Positions 37,352 to 47,650 are shown, counted from the stretch's first letter. The stretch: 64,000 bases of DNA from Candidatus Bathyarchaeota archaeon (GCA_021161255.1 JAGHAZ010000027.1:2076-66075), one strand, 5' to 3'. Program-made: numbers and translations. Notes: generated by a model from the letters alone, not told the origin.

Positions 37352-38326
37352 GTGTCCAGTATCTACATAAGTTGCGTAGGAAGTTTTCCGCTTAGTTTTT
37401 CGAGAAAATCGGTCGAGAGAATTTTGGTAGATGTCTACGAGGTGGGGTTAACCTATCCATGCTATCCTCAGCTTAGAGATTTCATAAGCATGTTCCTAGA
37501 CCCTCTTGTAGCTCAAGGGCTTCTCGAGAAGGCTGGTTTAAACTATCTCCTCTTGGTTGAGGATTTTAGAGTACTGAGAAAATCTGAAGTCCCTATCCCC
37601 CTAGAAGCGCAGTGGTTCATCGAGTCTATGGAAAGACTGGGGTTTAAGTTTAGAGGCCTAAGGGCGCCTGTTACAGGGCCTTTCACTTTAGCTTCTAGGA
37701 TATATCCGGTTGGGTCTTCAGGCTCTTTGGGTAAGACTATGATGAAAGACCTATCCTTTTTAGAGAGCCTAGCCTCGAGTTTATCGCGTTTAATACGGAG
37801 GCTTGAAGATCTAGGATACACGCTTATAGTGGTTGATGAACCTATACTATCCGTCATCTACGGTGCTAGAGGCTCTATACTCGGGCACAGCGACGAGGAT
37901 ATTCTAAAGATCTTAAGTATGCTCAAGCCCAGAAGGGCTATGATAGGTGTTCACGTATGCGGTAGAATATCTCCGGCGCTTTTCAGGCTGTTGCTGAAAT
38001 CCGAGTTCTCTCTACTGGACCATGAGTTTAAGACATCGCCTAGAAACTTCAAGTCTATAACGGCCGAAGGGCTCAAGAAGCATGGAAAACGGCTCTCTGT
38101 AGGATGCGTTTCTTCTAAGAATATCACAGTCGAGAGCGTCGAGGAGGTGTCGTCGATATTGGTTAAGGCCTTGAACATCTACGGTGATAGAGTTTACATG
38201 GTTAAACCCGACTGCGGTTTCAGAGGTTTCATCGGTTTCCTTCCCGAAGAAGAGGCTTACAAGGTTAGTCTTAGGAAACTTAAAGCCATAGTCGAGGCTG
38301 TGAAAAAGCTTAATTCCGATGTCTAG
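37352..38326 (+). CDS. Short archaeal-type cobalamin-independent methionine synthase (MetE C-terminal-domain-like) protein
   Basis: ...ISCVGSFPLS..., ...VVDEPIL..., zinc-ligand contexts ...IGVHVCGR... and ...VKPDCGFRGF... match the MetE/URO-D_CIMS fold. Confidence 0.55.
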   Translation: MSSIYISCVGSFPLSFSRKSVERILVDVYEVGLTYPCYPQLRDFISMFLDPLVAQGLLEKAGLNYLLLVEDFRVLRKSEVPIPLEAQWFIESMERLGFKFRGLRAPVTGPFTLASRIYPVGSSGSLGKTMMKDLSFLESLASSLSRLIRRLEDLGYTLIVVDEPILSVIYGARGSILGHSDEDILKILSMLKPRRAMIGVHVCGRISPALFRLLLKSEFSLLDHEFKTSPRNFKSITAEGLKKHGKRLSVGCVSSKNITVESVEEVSSILVKALNIYGDRVYMVKPDCGFRGFIGFLPEEEAYKVSLRKLKAIVEAVKKLNSDV

Positions 38327-38346
38327 GTTCAAGGGGAGGTGGTTAG

Positions 38347-38826
38347 ATGGCTAGAGTCTTGGTAACCTACTATTCTCGAGGAGGCAATACCCATAGGCTT
38401 GCTGAGATGCTTGCGGAAGCGCTAAGAGACGAGGGTTTAGAGGTCGTCTTGAAGCCTGTTTCAGAGGTGAAGGTCGAAGAGCTCACGGATTACGATGGAA
38501 TAGCCATAGGCTCACCGACCTACTATGGTCAGATGGCCGCGGAGGTTAAGAAGCTCATAGACGATTCCGTAGCGTTACACGGTAAGCTCGATGGTAAGGT
38601 AGGCTTAGCGTTCACGACCGCCGGGGGACATGGAACCGGGGGTGAAACCACTCTGCTTTCGATCCTAGAGTCGCTATTGATACATGGCATGGTAGTTCAG
38701 GGAGATCCTGAAGACCTACACTACGGGTTGATAGTCAGGGGGAGGCCTAGGGCGGAAGACCTGGATAAGGTTAAACGTAAGGCTAAGAGGATGGCTCAGC
38801 TTATCAGACGGCTCAAAGTCTCCTAA
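38347..38826 (+). CDS. Flavodoxin-like FMN protein (NADPH-dependent FMN reductase/WrbA-like)
   Basis: MARVLVTYYSRGGNTHRLAEMLAE...GIAIGSPTYYGQMAAEVKKLID.... Confidence 0.65.
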   Translation: MARVLVTYYSRGGNTHRLAEMLAEALRDEGLEVVLKPVSEVKVEELTDYDGIAIGSPTYYGQMAAEVKKLIDDSVALHGKLDGKVGLAFTTAGGHGTGGETTLLSILESLLIHGMVVQGDPEDLHYGLIVRGRPRAEDLDKVKRKAKRMAQLIRRLKVS

Positions 38827-38914
38827 CCGTGTTTAAACGACCGCTGATAGAGAGAAATCTTTATTAGAGGCTACTCGCTATCTTGAGTAGCGCGTTTCTA
38901 AGCGGGTCTAGATT

Positions 38915-39169
38915 ATGGGCTCCTCTCAGAAGATCAGGTTTGATATATTTAAGCACGAGCTCGTCCCTAAACATAGCATCTTGTCGAAGGATGAGGTAGA
39001 GGATCTTCTAAGGAGATACCATGTCAAGAAGTATCAGCTTGCTAAGATCATGGCCCGCGACCCGGCTGCGGTGGCCATAGGTGCTAAGCCCGGTGATGTC
39101 CTCCGGATCGTTAGGAGGAGCCCGACAGCCGGTTTAGCTGTATTTTACAGGTTTGTAGTGGAGGGTTGA
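38915..39169 (+). CDS. rpoH: DNA-directed RNA polymerase subunit H (Rpb5 homologue)
   Basis: 84-aa ORF ...HELVPKHSILSKDEVEDLLRRYHVKKYQLAKIMARDPAAVAIGAKPGDVLRIVRRSPTAG...; its position upstream of rpoB is conserved. Confidence 0.85.
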   Translation: MGSSQKIRFDIFKHELVPKHSILSKDEVEDLLRRYHVKKYQLAKIMARDPAAVAIGAKPGDVLRIVRRSPTAGLAVFYRFVVEG

Positions 39170-42100
39170 AATTGTACACGCAAGATGATATGTGGATTTT
39201 GATGAAAGCCTTCTTCGAGGAGAAGGGCCTAGTCAGGCAGCATCTAGACTCGTATAACGAGTTCGTCGAGAAGGGGTTACAGCGTGTCATAGATGAGATC
39301 GGTGGCGTAGAGGTTCCTGTTGAAAGTGGGAATCTCTATATAGAGTTCGGCGAGGTTACGATAGGTACTCCTAGGGTTACAGAGGTCGACGGCTCTTTCC
39401 ACGAGGTTACACCGCTCGAGTGTAGGCTTAGAAACCTTACCTATTCTGCACCGCTGTTTCTCGAAATGACGCCGATATTGAACGGTAAAAAGATGACGAC
39501 CAAGAGTGTCTACATCGGAAACCTACCGGTTATGTTGAAGTCTAAGATCTGTCCTCTAAGCGATATGACTAGAGAGGAGCTTCTAGCCATAGGTGAGGAT
39601 CCAGACGACCCCGGCGGGTACTTTATAATAAACGGCTCGGAGAGAGTGATAGTTGGCTTAGAGGACCTTGCTCCAAACAGAGTGATCATAGACATCGATA
39701 GAAGCGGCTCTAGGCCCGTCTACAGGGCTAAGGTATTCTCCACGACCGTAGGCTTTAGGACCAGGGTCGAGGTGAAGCTCAAGCCTGACGGGGCGATATA
39801 CGTTTCGATACCCGGTGTATCAGTCGAGCTTCCGTTTGTAGTGGTCATGAAGGCCCTGGGGGTTGAGAAAGACAGCGAGATAGCTGAGATGGTGTCTCTT
39901 GACCCGGTTATCATGGAGCAGCTTGAGCCGTCCTTCGACAAGGCTCCTAGGATAGACAGCGTCGAAAGGGCTATAACGTATATCGGTAACAGGGTCGCCT
40001 ATGGTCAAGACGAGGCCCGTAGGAGACTTAGGGCTTGTACGATCTTAGATAACAACCTGCTTCTACACCTGGGCAGAAGCCCAGAGGTCAGGCTTAAGAA
40101 GGCTAGATACCTAGCCGAGATAGCGTGTAGGCTTATTCAGCTTAAACTAGGCTTAAGAGCCGAAGATGATAAAGATCATTATGCTAATAAACGTATCAGA
40201 CTTGCAGGTCCACTTCTGGCAGACCTATTCAGGTCCATATTCCGGGATATGATTAAGGATATGGCCTATCAGCTCGAACGCTTATCGGTTAAAAAGCTTA
40301 TAGAAGAGTCTGTTAAACTTGCCATAAGGCCGGGAATCCTCACGGAAAGGATGCAGCACGCCATAGCTACCGGAAACTGGGGTAGAGGTAGGGTAGGTAT
40401 AAGCCAGCTTTTGGATAGGACGAACCTTTTATCCACGCTCAGCCACCTCAGGAGGCTTCAGTCTCCGCTGAGCAGAAGTCAGCCTAACTTCGAGGCTAGG
40501 GACCTGCATTCTACGCACTTCGGTAGGCTCTGCCCTATCGAAACACCTGAGGGCTCTAACTGCGGCTTGGTGAAGAACCTCGCCTTAATGGCCACTATAT
40601 CTGTCTCAGCCGACATAGAGCCTGTCAGGAAAGTGTTGATAAGTCTTGGATGCGTTCCGATCGAAAAGGCCGATAGAGAGACGTGCATTAAGGGCGTTAA
40701 GGTGTATATAAACGGGACCGTAAGCTTCTACACCCTAGACCCTGAGGGCCTAGTTAAGAAGTTTAGGAAACTTCGGAGGAAGGGGCGTATAAGTCCTGAG
40801 GTTAACATAGCGTATCTTAAGGCTAAGAGGGAGGTTCAGGTAAACTGCGACGCGGGTAGGTGTAGGAGACCGCTCATAGTCGTCGAGAACGGTAAACCTC
40901 TGCTCAAGCCGGATCACGTAAACGCCTTGAAGAAGGGGTTGATGAACTGGGAGGACTTGGTTAAACTTGGTGTCATAGAATACCTAGACGCCGAGGAGGA
41001 GGAGAACGCCTACATAGCGTTGACTCCCAAGGATATCAGGCCTGAGACCACGCATCTTGAGATCTGCCCGCTTACCATACTCGGTATATGTGGCTCCGTA
41101 ATACCGTTTGCTGAGCATAACCACTCGCCCAGAAACAGCTACGAAGCCGCTATGGCCAAACAGGCCATAGGGATATACGCTACCAACTACTTCTTACGGA
41201 TGGACTCTAGAGCCCACTTCTTACATTATCCGCAGAGGCCGATCGTCGAGACCAAGCCCATGGAGATTATGGGCTTCCACAAGAGACCTGCCGGCCAGAA
41301 CATGGTGGTCGCCGTGCTTACGATGGGAGGCTATAACATGGAGGATGCGATAATATTCAACAGGTACTCCATCGAGAGGGGTTTAGCCAGGTCGTCGTTC
41401 TTTAGACTTTACGAGGCTGAGTGCTACCAATACCTAGGCGGTCAGAGAGACTCGATCGAGATACCTTCAAGCGGCATGAGGGGATATAGAGGTGACGAAT
41501 ACTACCGGGTTCTAGAGGAGGACGGGATAGCCAGCGTCGAAAGCGAGGTCAGAGGAGGAGATGTCATAATCGGTAGAACAAGCCCACCGAGGTTTATAGA
41601 GGAGTATAGGGAGCTAGAGGCCAGAGGCCCCTCGAGAAGAGATACCTCTATATCTTTAAGGCCCTCGGAGAAGGGCGTCGTCGACGCGGTCATACTGACC
41701 GAAACCGCTCAAGGAAGTAAGATTGTGAAGGTCAGGGTTAGAGATAACAGGATACCTGAAATAGGTGATAAGTTCGCGTCTAGGCACGGGCAGAAGGGCG
41801 TCATAGGCATGATATATCCTGGTGAAGATATGCCGTTTACAGAGGACGGAGTAGTCCCGGATGTCATAATAAACCCCCATGCGTTTCCGTCTAGGATGAC
41901 GGTTGGCCAGCTCTTAGAGTCTATATTTGGTAAGGCCGCGGCCCTCATGGGAAGGCCTATAGACGGTTCAGCCTTCCAAGAGGAGAGACTCGAGGATATA
42001 GGCGCTATACTGAAACGTTATGGTTTCAAACCAAGCGGTAGGGAGATAATGTATAACGGTTTAACAGGTGAGAGGCTGGAGACCGAGATATACATCGGCA

Positions 42101-42501
42101 TAGTATACTACCAGCGGCTACACCACATGGTAGCCGATAAGATACATGCCAGGGCTAGAGGGCAGGTTCAGATGCTCACGAGACAGCCTACGGAGGGTAG
42201 AGCTAGAGGCGGAGGCTTGAGGTTCGGTGAGATGGAGAGGGACTGTCTCATAGGCTACGGTGCGGCTATGCTGCTTAAGGATAGGATGCTCGAGGAATCT
42301 GACAAGTTTGTAGCCTATGTATGTGCAAACTGTGGCTTCTTAGCTTATTACGATGCAAGAAGCGGTAGATACATGTGTAGGTTGTGCGGAGATGATGCCC
42401 GGATATACCCGGTCGTCATGCCCTACGCGTTTAAGCTACTTCTCCAGGAGCTGATGAGTATGTGCGTAGCTCCCAGGCTTATACTGGAGGAGGGCATGTA
42501 A
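39166..42501 (+). CDS. rpoB: DNA-directed RNA polymerase subunit B (unsplit, 1111 aa)
   Basis: ...GYFIINGSERVI..., ...FASRHGQKGVIG..., and the C-terminal Zn-binding CANCG...CRLCG. TTG start overlapping the rpoH stop (the alternative ATG at 39190 gives MWILMKAFF...). Confidence 0.9.
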   Translation: MKLYTQDDMWILMKAFFEEKGLVRQHLDSYNEFVEKGLQRVIDEIGGVEVPVESGNLYIEFGEVTIGTPRVTEVDGSFHEVTPLECRLRNLTYSAPLFLEMTPILNGKKMTTKSVYIGNLPVMLKSKICPLSDMTREELLAIGEDPDDPGGYFIINGSERVIVGLEDLAPNRVIIDIDRSGSRPVYRAKVFSTTVGFRTRVEVKLKPDGAIYVSIPGVSVELPFVVVMKALGVEKDSEIAEMVSLDPVIMEQLEPSFDKAPRIDSVERAITYIGNRVAYGQDEARRRLRACTILDNNLLLHLGRSPEVRLKKARYLAEIACRLIQLKLGLRAEDDKDHYANKRIRLAGPLLADLFRSIFRDMIKDMAYQLERLSVKKLIEESVKLAIRPGILTERMQHAIATGNWGRGRVGISQLLDRTNLLSTLSHLRRLQSPLSRSQPNFEARDLHSTHFGRLCPIETPEGSNCGLVKNLALMATISVSADIEPVRKVLISLGCVPIEKADRETCIKGVKVYINGTVSFYTLDPEGLVKKFRKLRRKGRISPEVNIAYLKAKREVQVNCDAGRCRRPLIVVENGKPLLKPDHVNALKKGLMNWEDLVKLGVIEYLDAEEEENAYIALTPKDIRPETTHLEICPLTILGICGSVIPFAEHNHSPRNSYEAAMAKQAIGIYATNYFLRMDSRAHFLHYPQRPIVETKPMEIMGFHKRPAGQNMVVAVLTMGGYNMEDAIIFNRYSIERGLARSSFFRLYEAECYQYLGGQRDSIEIPSSGMRGYRGDEYYRVLEEDGIASVESEVRGGDVIIGRTSPPRFIEEYRELEARGPSRRDTSISLRPSEKGVVDAVILTETAQGSKIVKVRVRDNRIPEIGDKFASRHGQKGVIGMIYPGEDMPFTEDGVVPDVIINPHAFPSRMTVGQLLESIFGKAAALMGRPIDGSAFQEERLEDIGAILKRYGFKPSGREIMYNGLTGERLETEIYIGIVYYQRLHHMVADKIHARARGQVQMLTRQPTEGRARGGGLRFGEMERDCLIGYGAAMLLKDRMLEESDKFVAYVCANCGFLAYYDARSGRYMCRLCGDDARIYPVVMPYAFKLLLQELMSMCVAPRLILEEGM

Positions 42502-42502
42502 A

Positions 42503-45500
42503 ATGATGCTTGAGACTTATAAACGTATAGCCGGTATAAAATTCGGTCTGCTTTCGCCGCATGAGATCAGGAAGATGTCTGTAGTTGAGATAAGGACGCC
42601 CGACACGTACGACGAAGACGGTGTCCCGATACCATCTGGTCTCATGGACGGTAGACTTGGAACGCTCGAACCGAGGCAGAGGTGCGCTACATGCGGTAAC
42701 ACGGCCGCCATGTGTCCCGGCCACTTCGGCCATATAGAGCTTGCCGTGCCCATAGTTCACGTGGGTTTTGTGAAATACATATACGAGCTTTTAACGATAA
42801 CATGTAGGGAGTGCGGAAGGCTTCTGATTCCACCTGATAAGATCGAGAAGCTTAAAGAGAAGATGGAGGAGCTTAAGAAATCCCTCGGAGAGGTTCCTAA
42901 GAGGTTTTTCGACAGCGTCAAATCTGAGGCGAAGAAGAGGTCTGAATGTCCCCACTGCGGTAGCCCTCAGTATCGTATAGAGCTTATGAAGCCGACGACG
43001 TTTTACGAGCATCAGAGAGAGGGAGGGGTCGTAAGGCTTGATGCAGGTACCATAAGAAGTAGGCTTGAGAGGATACCTGATGACGACCTTAGGCTTTTAG
43101 GCTACGACCCATCTTCGGCTAGGCCTGAGTGGACTATACTACAGGTTCTACCTGTTCCACCGGTTTACGTCAGACCCTCCATAACGCTTGAAACGGGCAT
43201 AAGGTCTGAGGACGACCTAACCCACAAGCTCGTGGATATAATTCGTATAAACGAGAGGCTTAAAGAAGCCATAGCCAGCGGTGCGCCGACTCTTATAAGG
43301 GAAGAGCTCTCGGACCTCCTCCAGTATCATGTGACGACCTATATCGATAACGAGGCTCCTGGCATACCTCCGTCTAGACACAGGTCTGGTAGAGCCCTTA
43401 AGACCCTTAGCCAGAGGCTTAAGGGTAAGGAGGGGAGGTTTAGGCTAAATCTGACCGGCAAGAGGGTTGACTTTTCTGCTAGAACCGTAATATCTCCTGA
43501 CCCGAACTTAGATATCAACGAGGTAGGTGTCCCCATAGATATCGCTAAGAGGCTCACGGTTTCCGAGAAGGTCACAGTGTGGAACTTGGAGGAGATGAAG
43601 AAGCTTGTCATAAACGGACCGGACGTATATCCAGGTGCTCTATACGTAACTAGGCCGGACGGTAGAAAGATCAGGCTGGACTTCGTAGCCGATAGGAAGA
43701 AGCTTGCCGAAAGCCTCGAGCCGGGTTATATAGTAGAGCGTCATATACGAGACGGTGACATCGCGTTATTCAACCGTCAGCCCTCGCTACATAGAATCTC
43801 TATAATGGCTCATAAAATAAAGGTTCTACCGTATAAGACCTTCAGGCTTCACCTAGCCGTGTGTATACCCTACAACGCAGACTTCGACGGAGATGAAATG
43901 AACCTTCACATTCCCCAGAGCGAAGAGGCTAGGTCTGAAGCTAGACTACTTATGCAAGTTCAAGACCAGATAATATCGCCTAGGTACGGTGCCCCGATAA
44001 TAGGCTCGACCAGGGACTTTCTAACAGCAGCCTACCTGCTCACGAGGAAAGATACCTATCTAGATAAGAGGGAGCTTTTCACCCTCCTCGCCGCCATAGA
44101 TTACGACGGCGAAATACCTCCGCCTGCTATAAAAGAGCCTGAACCCCTGTGGACCGGTAAACAGGTGTTCAGCCTATTGTTACCTAAAGATTTCAACTAC
44201 TTCGGTAGAGCTACGGTCTGCAAGCATAAGCACACATCTCCGGATGAGGAGTGTCCGCTCGAAGGTGTGGTAGTCGTCAGAAACGGGCAACTCGTCAAGG
44301 GAGTTATAGATAAAAACTCCATAGGCGCCGAAAGGGCTGAGACACTCTACCACCGAATAGTCAGAGACTACGGTACAGGTTTCGCAGCCACATTCCTCAA
44401 CAAACTCTGCCGACTACTCAACACTTTCATAACGATGAGGGGGTTCAGCTTCTCCCTAGACGAGCTTAACCTCCCGGAGAAAGCTAAGGAATCCATAGCC
44501 CAAATCCTGAGAGAAGCCGAGGAGAGGGTTCAGAAGCTTATAGAGGAGTATAACCGCGGTACTCTGAGGAGGATTCCAGGTAGAACTCTAGAAGAGTCGT
44601 TGGAGCTTTTGATAATGAACGAGCTGTCTAAGGCTAGAGAGCGTTGCGACGAAGTCGCCTCGACTTCGCTTACGATGAATAACCAGGGGATAATAATGGT
44701 TAGATGCGGCGCCAGAGGTTCCGAGCTTAATATAGGCCACATGACGGCTTGCTTAGGCCAGCAGTCAGTGAGGGGTAGACGAGTTGTATGCGGCTATCTA
44801 GATAGAGCTCTGCCGCACTTCAAATGGGGTGACCAGAGTCCGAAGGCGAGAGGCTTCATCGAATCGTCCTTCTATAAGGGCCTGTCTCCCATAGAGTTCT
44901 TCTTCCACTCTATGGCGGGTAGAGAGGGTCTAGTCGACACGGCTGTAAGGACGCAGCAGAGCGGTTATATGCAGAGAAGGCTTATACACGCGCTTGAGTA
45001 CATAAGGGTCGAGTATGACGGGACTGTCAGGACGACAGACGGCGAGGTTGTTCAGCTAAGATACGGTGAAGACGGAGTAGATCCATCGAAGAGTGACCAC
45101 GGTAAAGCCGTGAACCTCCAGCGTCTGTTAGAGAGGATGAGCCTTGGGGGCTGTGATACGCCTCCCACGCCTGAGGAGTTGGATGAGCTTCTGGAAAAGT
45201 ATCGTCTCAAGCTCACACCTTACTATATCTCTGAACTTAGACGTATAATACTCGATAAGCGTCTAAGCTTGGAAGACGCTAGGAAACTTATAGAGGCGAC
45301 GGTGGTCGAGTTTGAAAACTCCCAGGTCGACCCTGGTGAGGCCGTCGGCGTTGTAACCGCTCAGTCTATAGGCGAACCCGGTACCCAGATGACCCTTAGG
45401 GTGTTCCACTTCGCGGGTGTAAGAGAGCGGGACGTGACGCTAGGTCTTCCGAGGCTTATAGAGATCGTGGATGCGCGGAAGAAACCGTCTACGCCTATAA

Positions 45501-46330
45501 TGACGGTTAAGCTCGATGAGGAGCATAGGTTTGACAGGGATAAGGCTTTGGCCGTGGCCCAGTCACTCGTTCACACGGCCATCAGGGACATCGCGGCTAA
45601 GGGCCAATACGAGATAGACCTTGACAATGGTGTAGTGAGGGTTAAGATCGATAGAGTCGCTATGGAGAATAGAGGTGTAACCGATGAAGACCTAGAAAAC
45701 CTTTCGCTACCTAACACCACTATAGAGTTCACCGGGGACGAGGTCGTCGTTAAACCTAAGTCCGCCATGGATCTCCCAGGTCTCAAGAAGCTTGTCGATA
45801 AAACTATGAAACTTCATGTCAAAGGTGTACCTGGCATCAAGAGGGTCCAAGTCGTTAAAGAGGGTGATGAATGGATAATCCAAGTCGACGGTTCAAACTT
45901 CAGTAAGGTGATCCAAGTCCCTGGCGTGGACCCCGCTAGGACCATGACGAACAACCTATATGAAATATACGACACCCTCGGAATAGAGGCTGCTAGAAAC
46001 GCTATTATAAAGGAGGCGAAGGAGGTTTTCGAGGGCATAGGCGGTGGTCTAGACCTCGACATCAGACATCTTATGCTGGTGGCTGATATAATGACACTCA
46101 CGGGTAGAATCCGTCAAGTAGGTAGACACGGGGTGACCGGTGAAAAGTCCAGCCCCCTTGCTAGGGCTGCCTTCGAGATAACGGTGTCTAACATAGTCAA
46201 CGCGGCGGTCAGGGGTGTTATGGACGAGCTGAAAGGAGTCACGGAGAACATAATAGCCGGTCAGGATATGAAGGTGGGTACGGGTATGGTGGATATCTAC
46301 ATGAGTCCAAGCTCGTCGGAAGGGAGGTGA
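42503..46330 (+). CDS. rpoA: DNA-directed RNA polymerase subunit A, with A' and A'' apparently fused in a single 1275-aa ORF
   Basis: N-terminal Zn motifs (CATCGNTAAMCPGHFGH) and the NADFDGDEMN catalytic loop are A' hallmarks. From ~aa 900 it carries ...DPGEAVGVVTAQSIGEPGTQMTLRVFHFAGV..., the canonical A'' N-terminus. No stop or frameshift lies between them. Confidence 0.85.
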   Translation: MMLETYKRIAGIKFGLLSPHEIRKMSVVEIRTPDTYDEDGVPIPSGLMDGRLGTLEPRQRCATCGNTAAMCPGHFGHIELAVPIVHVGFVKYIYELLTITCRECGRLLIPPDKIEKLKEKMEELKKSLGEVPKRFFDSVKSEAKKRSECPHCGSPQYRIELMKPTTFYEHQREGGVVRLDAGTIRSRLERIPDDDLRLLGYDPSSARPEWTILQVLPVPPVYVRPSITLETGIRSEDDLTHKLVDIIRINERLKEAIASGAPTLIREELSDLLQYHVTTYIDNEAPGIPPSRHRSGRALKTLSQRLKGKEGRFRLNLTGKRVDFSARTVISPDPNLDINEVGVPIDIAKRLTVSEKVTVWNLEEMKKLVINGPDVYPGALYVTRPDGRKIRLDFVADRKKLAESLEPGYIVERHIRDGDIALFNRQPSLHRISIMAHKIKVLPYKTFRLHLAVCIPYNADFDGDEMNLHIPQSEEARSEARLLMQVQDQIISPRYGAPIIGSTRDFLTAAYLLTRKDTYLDKRELFTLLAAIDYDGEIPPPAIKEPEPLWTGKQVFSLLLPKDFNYFGRATVCKHKHTSPDEECPLEGVVVVRNGQLVKGVIDKNSIGAERAETLYHRIVRDYGTGFAATFLNKLCRLLNTFITMRGFSFSLDELNLPEKAKESIAQILREAEERVQKLIEEYNRGTLRRIPGRTLEESLELLIMNELSKARERCDEVASTSLTMNNQGIIMVRCGARGSELNIGHMTACLGQQSVRGRRVVCGYLDRALPHFKWGDQSPKARGFIESSFYKGLSPIEFFFHSMAGREGLVDTAVRTQQSGYMQRRLIHALEYIRVEYDGTVRTTDGEVVQLRYGEDGVDPSKSDHGKAVNLQRLLERMSLGGCDTPPTPEELDELLEKYRLKLTPYYISELRRIILDKRLSLEDARKLIEATVVEFENSQVDPGEAVGVVTAQSIGEPGTQMTLRVFHFAGVRERDVTLGLPRLIEIVDARKKPSTPIMTVKLDEEHRFDRDKALAVAQSLVHTAIRDIAAKGQYEIDLDNGVVRVKIDRVAMENRGVTDEDLENLSLPNTTIEFTGDEVVVKPKSAMDLPGLKKLVDKTMKLHVKGVPGIKRVQVVKEGDEWIIQVDGSNFSKVIQVPGVDPARTMTNNLYEIYDTLGIEAARNAIIKEAKEVFEGIGGGLDLDIRHLMLVADIMTLTGRIRQVGRHGVTGEKSSPLARAAFEITVSNIVNAAVRGVMDELKGVTENIIAGQDMKVGTGMVDIYMSPSSSEGR

Positions 46331-46337
46331 ATACCGT

Positions 46338-46652
46338 ATGGTGAATCCCGATAAAGCTATCTACAGTGTCGTTAGAACGGGTAAGGTAGTGTTTGGCTCT
46401 AGAAGGTCTTTAAACCTTCTTAAAACCGGTAAAGCCAAGATGATAATCATGGCGTCCAATGCCCCAAAAGATTTAAGAATGCTTGTCGATTACTACAGTA
46501 AAGGAGCTTCGATACCGGTCTACGTGTACAACGGTACTAGTATCGAGCTGGGTCGTGTCTGCGGTAAGCCGTTTCCGGTTATGATGTTGGCTGTGAGAGA
46601 TCCGGGTGAGTCGAATATAATGGAGTTGGTGGCTGAGAGCTATGAAGAGTGA
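46338..46652 (+). CDS. rpl30e: Ribosomal protein L30e
   Basis: 104 aa, ...VVRTGKVVFGSRRSLNLLKTGKAKMIIMASNAPKD...; canonical position between rpoA and nusA. Confidence 0.8.
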   Translation: MVNPDKAIYSVVRTGKVVFGSRRSLNLLKTGKAKMIIMASNAPKDLRMLVDYYSKGASIPVYVYNGTSIELGRVCGKPFPVMMLAVRDPGESNIMELVAESYEE

Positions 46653-47082
46653 GGGTGTAAGACTTACGGCTGAAGAGATGGGTCTCATAAATATAGTCGA
46701 AAACTTGACCGGAGCGAGGTGTCGAGACTGCCTGATAGACCCTGAGACTGGCAGGGTGACTTTCATCGTAGAGGAAGGCGACCTACGGCTGGCTCTGGGT
46801 AAGAGGGGGTCTAAGGTTAGACTTCTGAGGAAGCTTCTAAGGCGTGAGGTGGATTTTCTAGAGTATGCTCCGAGCCCCGAGAAGTTCATAGTTAAATCGC
46901 TAGCGCCGGCTAAGATTAAAGAGGTTAGGATAACCGAGAGGCCGAACGGCGATAAATTGGCTGTCGTGACCGTTGAACCTAGAGATAAGGGTCTTGCGAT
47001 AGGTAAAAACGGCCGGGTCATCGAGAGAGCTAGGAAACTCGCGAGGAAATATTTCCAAATCAGCCATATAATCGTCGTGTGA
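46642..47082 (+). CDS. nusA: Archaeal NusA-like KH-domain transcription termination/antitermination factor
   Basis: Two KH-like segments (...LALGKRGSKVRLL... and ...LAIGKNGRVIERARKLA...). Confidence 0.8.
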   Translation: MKSEGVRLTAEEMGLINIVENLTGARCRDCLIDPETGRVTFIVEEGDLRLALGKRGSKVRLLRKLLRREVDFLEYAPSPEKFIVKSLAPAKIKEVRITERPNGDKLAVVTVEPRDKGLAIGKNGRVIERARKLARKYFQISHIIVV

Positions 47083-47165
47083 ATACTCTAGGAATAGGCT
47101 AGGTCTTCCTACCATGTTCATCATTAGCTTTTAGTGTAGATACGTATCTGCTCAACTTGCCGTTT

Positions 47166-47180
47166 AAACTTTAAATATGG
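47166..47180 (+). promoter_or_regulatory. Putative archaeal BRE/TATA element for rps12-rps7
   Basis: aaaCTTTAAATATgg lies ~30 nt upstream of the S12 start codon, consistent with a short-leader archaeal promoter. Confidence 0.35.
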
Positions 47181-47205
47181 GTTAAAGGGCTTATGGTATC
47201 CAGCT

Positions 47206-47631
47206 ATGCCTGGAGAATTCGCGGCTAGAGTTCTAAAGAAGAAGAGGAAGAAGTTTAGGTGGAGCTATCGATACTACAAGCGTAGGATGTTAGGTCTAGA
47301 TATTAAGGCTGACCCCTTAGAAGGTGCTCCCATGGCTAGGGGTATAGTGCTTGAAAAGGTCGGTGTAGAGTCAAAGCAGCCGAACTCAGCGATCCGTAAA
47401 TGTGTAAGGGTTCAGCTTATAAAGAACGGTCGTGTCGTGACGGCCTTCTTGCCTGGCGACGGTGCGTTGAACTTCGTAGACGAGCATGACGAGGTTATAA
47501 TCGAAGGTATCGGGGGTACAAGGGGTAGGTCTATGGGCGACATACCCGGTGTAAGGTTTAAGGTCATAGCAGTTAACGGCGTGCCTTTAAACAGGCTTAT
47601 AATAGGTAAGGCGCAAAAGCCGATCAGGTAG
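47206..47631 (+). CDS. rps12: Ribosomal protein S12 (uS12)
   Basis: ...[31 protein letters not shown]...[12 protein letters not shown].... Confidence 0.9.
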   Translation: MPGEFAARVLKKKRKKFRWSYRYYKRRMLGLDIKADPLEGAPMARGIVLEKVGVESKQPNSAIRKCVRVQLIKNGRVVTAFLPGDGALNFVDEHDEVIIEGIGGTRGRSMGDIPGVRFKVIAVNGVPLNRLIIGKAQKPIR

Positions 47632-47650
47632 CTTCGGGTGGTGATCCTAG

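Noticed and set aside
47083-47205. TCATCAT word upstream of rps12 as a reverse-strand C box
   Set aside because: There is no matching D box, and the spacer is occupied by a good plus-strand TATA (ctttaaatat) for the S12-S7 unit.
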